Below are positions 29,701-38,629 of a DNA stretch of 38,629 bases, one piece after another. The notes beneath the pieces are model-generated. The model did no database searches. It was not told the origin of the DNA and was given only the letters and a program-made list of their open reading frames with translations. The translations under genes and the position numbers were made by a program. Numbering within the stretch: the first letter of the stretch is position 1; each line of letters opens with the position of its first letter. Source of the stretch: Salpingoeca rosetta (Eukaryota; Protista; Choanoflagellata); NCBI GenBank assembly GCA_033442325.1, contig JAWQFM010000022.1, positions 1,110,820 through 1,149,448 of the forward strand. The letters run 5' to 3'.

Positions 29701-32700
29701 GAGCACACGCGCGTGGCGATTGTGCGGCTGTTCCTTGCCCGCAGCCAGGAGACAACAGACCTGCCGTTTGTGCTCGTGTATCCGGAGCTGCTCAGCATTG
29801 AAGCGCAGGCGGAGTTGAAGGAGGAGTTGACCAAGTGGGGCCACCGCTGCTCCAACCCTCGCTCCTCAAAGCCATTCGCACCCGCTGTTGGCGAGCACGT
29901 GCCGGAGTCAAGCCGCCCGCTTCCACGCTTCACCGTCGTGTGTCGCCGCACCACGCGAAGTCGCCTCCTGCATGGCGTTGCAGGGCTGGTGGACGAAGAC
30001 TTGACGGGGCACGTGGCGCAACAGCTGCTGGCCAACTACGCGCTGCACACGAGGGAGCACGGTGCTGTCACCGTTGTTGCCAGCGAGTACGCGCAGCAGG
30101 GCAAATCCACCTTCATCCAGCAACACCTCGCACGCCTTGCTGGTGGCAGCAACGGTGCTAGCGATGGTGATGATGATGGTGATGGCGACAGTGGACGTGG
30201 CAGTGGCCGTGTTGGGCGACGCGGGCCGCTTCGCTCGTCCATGCTCTCACGCACGTCGCAAGCTACCACCGCAACCACCGCCACGACGAAAACGGGTGGC
30301 AGTGGTGCTGATGGCGGGGACGACCTTGTGGACGACGATGAAGGGGATGGCGACGCATCACCGGCGCTCTTCTCATCCGATGACGATGGTGAAGACGACG
30401 AGTTTTTGGACGCGTCGTTTGAGTTCCCCGTGCCACCGAGTGGGCCCGTGCCTGCAGGCATGGCGACAACAGCAACACTCCCGCGTGACGCTGTTGCTGG
30501 CGATGGCGGGCACTACTGCACGCTGCTTGTCTCTGGGCAGGACACGTTTGACGTCCTGCACGACAAGCTGTCTCGCCTGCCGCTGATGGACCCGCGCGTC
30601 AAGGCACTGTACATTGACGTCGGGGCGGCACTGAACATTGAGGATGACCTCAACATGCATCTGTTCCAGCTGCTGGTGCTGCGCTGCCTCTCGCGCGACG
30701 ACAGGCTGTGGCACGTGCCACGCCACGTCGCGGTGTACGTTGAGATTGGCAACACGCTGCACGACCGCTTGAGCCAGCAGCTCGCGCTCACCACCAAGGC
30801 GCCGTTTGCCGATGAAGTGGCGGCATCCACCACACAGGCTGCGCCTGCACAGACGGGCGCGCCCACTGCCTCTTTTACCAAGGAAGTGCTTGGGTGGGAC
30901 GCAAACAACATTCACGTGCCAACGGATACGAGCTCCCCCATCCAGCGTGCTTGTCGCTACCTCGACCTCCTGCACAGGGACCAGCTCACGGACGTGGTGT
31001 ACAGGGAACCTGATCTGAACGCCATGGATGGCATTGAGCCAACACCGCTGAGCAAGGGAGACTGCATTCGCCTCCTGACTCAATACTTCCCGCGCCTGCA
31101 AGAGAACCACGCCTCCTTTGGCGAACTCAACACCTTCCTCCTCGTCGCCGCCCAGCAGCTGCCGCGCATGCTTACAAGTGTGTTCCTTCGCCTGAGTGAG
31201 CTCTGCGGTTGGGTAGGGCGCTCTCGCTCACGAGCACACGAGATTCGGCGGGGCATGCTCATGGCGGTGGTGAACACAGTACAACGATTTGCAATGCCCT
31301 CCGTTGACGCCGTGAAAGACGTGCAGCACCATCACCAGGACGCGGCTGGGACGGTGACCGATGACGTGTTGCGGCAGATGGAGAAGGCCATCACGTGGGC
31401 TGAGATGGAGCACTGGATGCTGTGCGTTGCCGATGATGGGTGTGTTTGTGCCTTCTACTCGGACCCAAACAGTGTCCCGCCGCAGGTGCGCCGATTCTTT
31501 GCACTTCAACGCCATCCACTCAAACAAATGCACGAGTACACTTCTCAAGAGCTGTTTGTGCAGCTCAAGCAACTGCTGGGTCACAAAACTCAAGCGGCCC
31601 AGAACTGGTATGCCATGACACCAGACAACCTGCTGAAGATGGTGCTGATCTACATCCGCATCACCAACAACGTGCCGTGCATTCTCATGGGCCACGCAGG
31701 CTGCGGTAAGACGTCACTGTTTCATCAGCTGGCCCACATGTGCAACGACGTGGTGTATGAGCGGCCACTTGGCATCCACGCAGGCACAACGGCGCAGGAC
31801 ATTATCGATTACGTCAACGAAGCCATCGATCTGGGGGAGAAGCTGCTGCAGGACGCCGGGTGTGTTGATGTGGCGGTGGTGCCCCAGGCTGGTGTTGGTG
31901 CTGGTACACAGGGGCAAACCAACGACCAGACAGCCACGTCAGCCACAGCAGAGCAAGATGGTGATGCTGACCCCAACGCTCCCGGCTCTGCATCGACATC
32001 GTCAGCAACGAATACTCGTGTGGTATCTCAGGGCAATGATGGTGACGATCCACAGGGTCAAACCAACGACCAGGTAGCCACGTCAGCCACATCGGCCACA
32101 GGAGAGCAAGATGGTGATGCTGACCCCAATGCTCCCGGCTCTGCATCCACTTCGTCAACAACCACTTCTTCGGCGTCGTGCACCTCCACTCCAGTGATGC
32201 CCGCTCATCCTGTGACGGTGTGGGCATTCCTTGATGAGATCAACACGTGCGAGCACCTCGAGCTGCTGTCAGACATCATTGTGCGCCGCCGCTGCGGCTC
32301 CCGCTCCATCCCGGACAACGTGAAGATTGCCGCTGCGTGCAACCCGTACAAGCGCCGTGACCGCCCAGCGCCAACACCAGGCCTGGTCACCATGGAGCGC
32401 CAGCCCATTGACGCGCAGTCGCACCTCATGTACCGCGTGCACCCGCTGCCGGAGGCGATGCTGCCGTACGTGTGGGACTTTGGCGAGCTGTCTGCTGGCG
32501 ACGAGCGGCTGTACATGGGCAGCATGGTGGACGGCCTTGGACTCAATCGGGACGAGAAAAAGGCTGTGGTGGAGATGCTGTATCAGTGCCACGACTACCT
32601 GAGGAAGAAGACAGGCCACATAATCAGCCTGCGTGACGTCAAGCGTTTCTGCACACTCTTCAAATTCTTCCAGAAGTGGCGGCAGCAGAGAGCACCCTTC

Positions 32701-34725
32701 CCCAGTCCCGGACCAAGACCGCGCGAAACCACCATCCCCTTCATGTCATCGAAAATGCATGCTGCATGGCTGTCACTCATTCAGTGCTACGTTGTTCGTC
32801 TTCCTGAGCAAAGCAAGCGCAATGAGCTGCTTGACCAGTGCAGCGCGCGTTTTCGGGCGTGGAAACGGTGGGGGAGAGAAGCCATTCTGCGGCTCCTTCG
32901 CGAAGAGCAGCTGGACATGGTGGATCGCATGGACAGGCGGGCACCGCAGTTCCAGAACTTGGCAGAGAACGCGGCCTTGCTGGAGAACACGTTTTCCATT
33001 GTGGTGTCGCTGCTCAACCGCATCCCCATCTTCCTGATTGGCAAGCCGGGCAACAGCAAGACGGTGAGCATGAGCCTGGTCAACAACAGTCTTCGTGGCC
33101 GTGACTCGCGCGACCCGCTGCTCAAGCTGTACCCTGGCATCACCGTGTTTGCGTACCAAGGCAGCGTTGAGGCGACGAGCGAGGGCATCCTGCAGGTGTT
33201 TGCCCGCGCGGAAGCGTACCTGGACAGCGCCAACCATCAGGACGTGCTGCCCGTGGTGGTGCTGGATGAGGTTGGACTCACAGAACACTCGCGCCACAAC
33301 CCGCTCAAGGTGCTGCACGCCAAACTTGAGCCGCCAGACGGCAGCGAGCTCCGTGTTGGCGTCGTCGGCATCTCAAACTGGGCGCTCGATGCGGCGAAGA
33401 TGAACCGCGCACTGCACATCTCCCGGCCTGATCCATCACGCGAAGACCTTCTCCACACTGCAGTCACCATTGCAAGCAACTTCGTTACAACAGAATATCG
33501 GTTCTACGAAGGTCCAACACGAGCTTGCGATCTCCCTGATGAGTTGCAGCTACCTCTCAAGGGGGTGGCTTTTGGGTATCATGATTACATGCAGGAATGC
33601 AAGGCCCAGAACCGCCAGCCCTTTTTTGGCCTCCGAGATTTCTACAGTGTCTGCAAGTCGATGTGTCGCAGGATGAGTGAGCTGAATGCGAGCGAGGGCG
33701 TGGTGGCCACCGCCATCATCCGCAACTTCTCCGGCACGCTCGGAGGCGACACCGTCCACAGCGACCGGCAGCTCTTCTTCACCCGCGTGCAGGAGCAGTT
33801 GCTGCAAGTGGGGTGGTACCACGCTGACCGCTTGGCTGTGACGCTGATGAATGCGAGCCACAACACCGTGGCATGCATCGAGGACAACTGGCAGGACGTG
33901 TTTGCGCGCCACCTGATGATTGGGTCCGTTGGTCGCGCGGCGCTGTCCATCTTGAAGACTTTCTCCAGCTTGGACACGAGCAACGCCCTCATTATCCGCG
34001 GCAGCCAGTTTGAGGCGGACGTGGTGAGCGAGGAGTACCCGTACTCTGTGCTGAGCCAGATCATCCTGAAAATGGAGCACGGTGGCGTGCTGGTGCTGGT
34101 GGACCTTGATTCCATCTACGGTAGCCTGTACGACATGCTGAACCAGAGCTACACCATGATCAAGGGCCGGCGCAACTGCACCATTGCCCTGGGCTCCCTC
34201 AGCAACCCGCTGTGCCCCGTGCACGAGCGGTTCCGCTGCGTTGTGCTGATGGATCGGGAGAAGATGCAGACGTACGACCCGCCCTTCCTCAACCGCTTTG
34301 AGAAGCACCTGCTCAGCTTCACAGACGTGTTGTCGGGGGACCAGCGGGACGTGTGCACGCAGGTGGAGAACTGGCTCACACGCATCGTTGCGTGTGGACA
34401 GGACACGTCCGCCGTGACGCCACAGGACAAGGCGAGGGCCATCCCGTGCTATGGCGACAACTTGGTAGCAAGCCTGCTGCTCAAGCACCTGGCGAGCATG
34501 CAGGCGGCCATGGCCTCGGCTGGGAGCAGCAAGACAATCAAGAGAGAGAACATTCGACCAAGTCGCGTTGTACGTGCCAAGCCGGCTCAGCTGCACGTCA
34601 CTGTCACCCATGGGTGGCAGTCAGAGCAGCAGCAGCAAGGCATGCAGCCTGGTGACGAGAGCTGGCAGGAATTGCTGCATCAGCAAAATGAAGGGTTGAA
34701 GATGCATGTGCCACCAAGCTATCTC

Positions 34726-34769
<44 letters not shown>

Positions 34770-37700
34770 ACATGCCGGTGGTGCGACGGGAAGCCGGTTC
34801 CTGCGCGCATCGCAGTGGCGCCTGACCCCCGACCTGGCACAGCAGCTGCAGCAACGCATCAAGCACAGCTTGATTGACCTGATGACGCTTGAGTTTGTGG
34901 TGTCCCTGACGCAGTTTTCGGACGAGGACAAGCAGCGCGTGGTCGACGTGTACACGCATGAATCCTCGCACCACTCCCTCGCGGGCCTGTTGGAGTGGCT
35001 GCAGTGGTTTGGTGCACCGTCAGGGGATAGTGGTGGTGGGGATGGTGACGAACAACAAGGGGCCAGTGTGCGCAAGGGCGATTATGGCGATTATGGCGAT
35101 GGTGGTGGTTATGATGGCGATGGTGGTGCTGGTGGTCATGATGATGACGACGCCGCCACTGATGAAGGTGCCGCTGAAGACGATGACGATGAGATGCTGG
35201 AGAAGCCAAGCAAGGCGAAGAAGGCACGGCAGCAGCCGCTGCCGGCCCAGCCGCTGCGCCGCCTGTTGCTGGTGACGCGCACCAGCATCTTCTATCCCTT
35301 CAGGGAGGTGTCGGAGTGTGAGATTGTGCGTGTGTCCGACATCAAGTCTGAGCGCATGTTGTCGCTTGAGCTGCGAGAAGCACTGCGCCGCGCCGGCCAC
35401 CACGGCACGGTTGTGGTGCAGCTGCTGCTCAACGAGTTCAAGCACCTGGCCATGGTGCAGGAGAAGGTGGACGGCCTGCTGGCTGGCGTTGACCGGGAGA
35501 CGCGCGGCGATGCTGGTCTCAACGGTGAGCACACACATGGTGGCCAGGGGTGCAGCCGCGTGATTGTGTGCGTGCACATGCACTCCAAGACGACGAGCCT
35601 CCGCAAGCAAGCGCAGGAAGTGGCCATGCTGCAGACCATCACCGCGTCTGCGGAGTGGGAGCTGCGCTACTGCGACGATCTCGGCTCGCTGCCCTCCTTT
35701 GCTGCACAAGCCCTGCAGCAGGAGCAGCATACGCAGCACGTGAGCGGTGGCGGTGATGATGTTGGCGGTGCGTCGATGCATGTGCCAGCTGGGCCATCGG
35801 CGCCACCTGTTGTTGAGCCGACCCTCAACCTGATTGAGCTGTGCTCGCACTCTCTGCAGGACGTGGTGCTGCGCCACGATCATTCGCTGCTGCACTACCG
35901 GCGCCTGATCACCCCAGACGCGCTGTGGTGGTGCTACTCGCGCATCGACTTCTCGCGCGTGCCGCACTGCCAGCAGCGTGCGCGGTCCTCAATCGACCGG
36001 CTGCTGGCCGCGCTCACGTCCCAAGACCAGGAGGGCGAGCAGCTGTGCATGATTTTGGCGCACGCGGCGGCGCTGATGCTGGATTCCACCACGACGTGGG
36101 TTGCACAGCTGGCGCAGCAGGACATGAAGCAGCCAAGCTACGCCACGTTTGGGCAGCGTGTGGTGCGCACGGCGCGTGAGGCATTCCTGTCTGCGCTCGC
36201 ACGCATCATCTTCAGCATGGAGCAGCACCACTTTGTGCCCGATGTGAGGCAGCTTGTGCCTGACGATGCCACGCGCGCGCTGCTTGCTCAGCTCGAGATT
36301 TCCCCGCGGGCGTACGCCGTGCTCGCACTCGATGCACTGCCGTCCACGGCGCGCGCATTTGCCGCTAGCACTGCGCAGCACGAGCAGCCAGTTGTTGACA
36401 ACGAGGGCGACGCGGATGACATTTCGCCTGCAACCACAAGTGTGCTGCGCCCCGTGTCACTGCGGCTCCCAGAAACGCATCGCTGGTACAACAGCCTGTG
36501 TGCGCTGGCAGAGGCGCTATTTGCCGAGATGGACGCGGCGCCCACGGAGCAGACGCGTGCCAGCCACGTGCAGGGGTTCATCGCACGCGTGCGTGACGCC
36601 TTTTCGCACGCCATTGCGGCCGGTGTGAGCACCGACGACGTCACTCTTGACATCATGGACACACAGGACGATGATGATGGCGACATGGACGACGTGGACG
36701 ACATGGACGAGCGCGAGGACGATGATGACGATGACGATGATGACGATGATGTGGACGAGTTGGATGCGAATGGCGATGATGATGATGACGGTGACGAGAG
36801 CGGGAACGGGTTTGGTGACATGTCTCAGGTACACAACGCAGCTGCGGTTGTTGGGCCGTTGTTGCTGGTGGACTGGGTGCGCTATGCCAACAACCACGTT
36901 GGCGCCAACGTGCTGGACATCTGGCGCGGTCTGTGCCTGTGCTTTGGGGACGACATCAGCATCACCTCCGATGAGCACGTGTTTCAGGTGCTGAAGAAGC
37001 TGCAGGAGAACGAGCAGATGCTGTACGCGTTCTTCAGCCTGCTGTCAATTGCCCGCCGCTCTGACGCACGCGGTGACGTGTTGCAAGTTGCCCTCAACTC
37101 CATCAATGACACCAACATTGGTGGTGACGACGCTGATGGCGATGACAATGATGCTGAAAGCAGTCCTGGCCGGCCCACGGGCACATCTGCCATCGTACAC
37201 GGCATCTGTGAAAGCATCGCACTGCGCTTCATCGCTGCCATCACCCGCCAACAAGACGACGACGACGATGAGGATGATGATGCTGAGGACGATGATGATG
37301 ACGACGATTACAGTGGTGACGATGATGAGGGTGAGGATGAGGCCAATGAAGCCATGGGCATGGTGTTTGCTGCCCGCGATGTGATGCAGCACCTGCTTGC
37401 CCTGCCGTGCGATGCGAGCGGCGGGCGTGCGGCCATCACGCCCCAGATCATGGCGCGCGTCAGGCTCCTCAACGCCATCCTGCACGCGTGGAGCAGAAAC
37501 AGCGACCTGGAGGTGGTGCCGCTGCTGCAGGCATTCATGCACTTGTCGCTGACACCAGCCCACACCGAGCCGTACGCGGCGCCGGTGACAGCAACAGCAA
37601 CGGGGTCGCCGTCGCAGCAGCTGCTCAGGTTCTTGCAGCAGAGCTTCGACGAAGACAAACCACTGTGGTCCGTTGGTAGTGAGCGAAGGCGCCTGGTCTC

Positions 37701-38629
37701 CGACACGGTTGCCCTCTTCAGCCAGATGCTGCACCTCAACTACGCGGAGATGACGGCACAAGAGCAGCGCACGACCCTCGCCCAGCTGTGCCGAATGGTC
37801 ACGCGTGCAGCGATGACATTCTGCCCCATCTGCCTCGTCACTGCCGTGAACGTCAGCACAGAGTGCGGCCACAGATTCTGTCACCAGTGCATTGTTGAAT
37901 GGGCCCAGGCGAGGCGCACGTGCCCGTCGTGCCGCCGTGTCCTCAACGTGGCCAACCTCACGCCCATCGAGAGCGAAGAAGACGATGGTGGTGCTGGTAT
38001 TGGTGGCCAGACGAGCAACCACTTCTGGCTGCCGCACGTTGGGCATGCTGTCCACACGGCTGTGCTGCACTTTGCAGGTGGTCACCGTGAGGTGCACGAG
38101 CTATTCCAGCAAGCGCCTGGCCCCTTGTTTGAGGCACTGAGCGCGGTGATGTCCCACGACAACTTTGATGCAACGCAGAGCCCGCCCATGCTCGTGCTTG
38201 CCGTTGACGTGCTGGAGCGCTTTGTGGTCGAACGCGCCATCAACGGCTGCAGCCTCATCGCCATCTTGCACATGGAACACCACCTGCAGCCGTGCGTAAA
38301 TGCGGTGCAGGAGGTGATGAGCAACGTTGGCGACGGTATGGGTGGCATCTCCCCGGCGCAGGCACGTGATGGCGTGGTTGGCATTGCTGTGCTGCGTACA
38401 TGCGTGCGTGTCATTGCGCGCGCGCTGTTGGACCACGACGTGGCCGATTTGGAGACGCTGACTGACGTGCTTCCTGTGCTGTTTGGAGGAGACGATGATG
38501 GTGACGGCTTTGCCAGTGGTGTCAACGACAGCATGAGCGTGATCCAGCGCATGCGCCTGTTCCTGCTGCAGCTGCTGAAGCAAGGCCGCAGCTTTGCCGA
38601 GTTGCGCACGGTGCTGGTTGCCCTCATGG
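23782..38629 (+). CDS. RNF213: RNF213/mysterin-like giant AAA+ ATPase and E3 ubiquitin ligase (3' end beyond window; >4,900 codons)
   Basis: Frame-1 ORF from caaaATG at 23782 (in-frame stop upstream at 23716). No frame-1 ORF in this span appears in the track, consistent with no stop. RNF213 signatures in order: LPAQCLFC...VRLFLAR; VASEYAQQGKS; LFQLLVL; TPDNLLKM...ILMGHAGCGKT; AFLDEINT; ACNPY; YRVHPLPEAMLPYVWDFG; SLRDVKR; IFLIGKPGNSKT; VVVLDEVGL...PLKVLH; ISNWALDAAKMNR; FFGLRDFYS; SLYDMLNQSY; PPFLNRFEKH; then a C3HC4 RING. Two probable small introns near the 5' end (24392-24532, 24595-24744). Confidence 0.95.
24745..25275 (+). other. CBM20-like carbohydrate-binding domain of the RNF213-like protein, split by an acidic/basic insert
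   Basis: HVHVMERRRQIIHMLGGHPAFG...W resembles CBM20 'VYVVGSxPxLGxW'. IPYKLFKK...EWQPGYDRVVVI resembles 'IEYKY...WExGxNRxl'. Recognised by eye only. Confidence 0.55.
29580..34330 (+). other. Dynein-like multi-AAA+ core (approximately AAA1-AAA5) of the RNF213-like protein
   Basis: AAA2 Walker A ...QQGKS (GKS at 30100-30108). AAA3 Walker A GHAGCGKT 31690-31713 and Walker B AFLDE 32224-32238. AAA4 Walker A GKPGNSKT 33040-33063 and Walker B VVVLDE 33253-33270. Confidence 0.92.
31909..32163 (+). repeat. In-frame tandem duplication (two copies of about 100-110 bp) inside AAA3
   Basis: QGQTNDQTATSATAEQDGDADPNAPGSASTSSAT (31909-32010) and QGQTNDQVATSATSATGEQDGDADPNAPGSASTSSTT (32053-32163). Confidence 0.9.
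37822..37935 (+). other. C3HC4 RING finger of the RNF213-like protein
   Basis: CPICLVTAVNVSTECGHRFCHQCIVEWAQARRTCPSCR: all eight zinc ligands, the conserved Trp and the linchpin Arg are present. Confidence 0.93.

Noticed and set aside
29580-34330. Dynein heavy chain or midasin assignment for the AAA core
   Set aside because: VWDFG, GKPGxSK, NWALDxAKMNR, LRDFYS and LNRFEKH plus a downstream RING are RNF213-type signatures.
24126-38627. Long minus-strand and shifted-frame ORFs (e.g. 28750-29844, 33550-34611, 37045-38097)
   Set aside because: Shadows of the GC-rich codon usage of the RNF213-like frame; no recognisable motifs.

Overview
Eukaryotic, intron-rich, (TG)n/(CA)n-microsatellite-laden DNA. 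Intron style and gene content suggest a choanoflagellate such as Salpingoeca rosetta (inference only). The left 23 kb holds six tandem minus-strand spliced genes, assembled exon by exon with GT-AG boundaries and checked phases: PAM17-like (3' end missing), an R3H+SUZ RNA-binding protein, CCT8, SDR39U1/TIGR01777 epimerase, FAF2/UBXD8, and a UPF0052 (CofD/YvcK-like) protein missing an internal block. One orphan plus-strand PH-like exon lies at 129-225. The right 15 kb is one plus-strand frame, open from 23782 to the window end (>4,900 codons) and absent from the ORF track because it has no stop. It encodes an RNF213/mysterin-like giant AAA+ ATPase-E3 ligase with a split CBM20-like domain, a dynein-like AAA core and a C3HC4 RING. 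Main non-coding discoveries: five tandem box C/D snoRNAs (U44/SNORD44-like, with a second 18S-complementary element) in one intron of the R3H gene, and a candidate H/ACA RNA in CCT8 intron 9. Intronic microsatellites are polarised, (TG)n after donors and (CA)n before acceptors. Two genes break at long CA tracts, suggesting assembly collapse or rearrangement.
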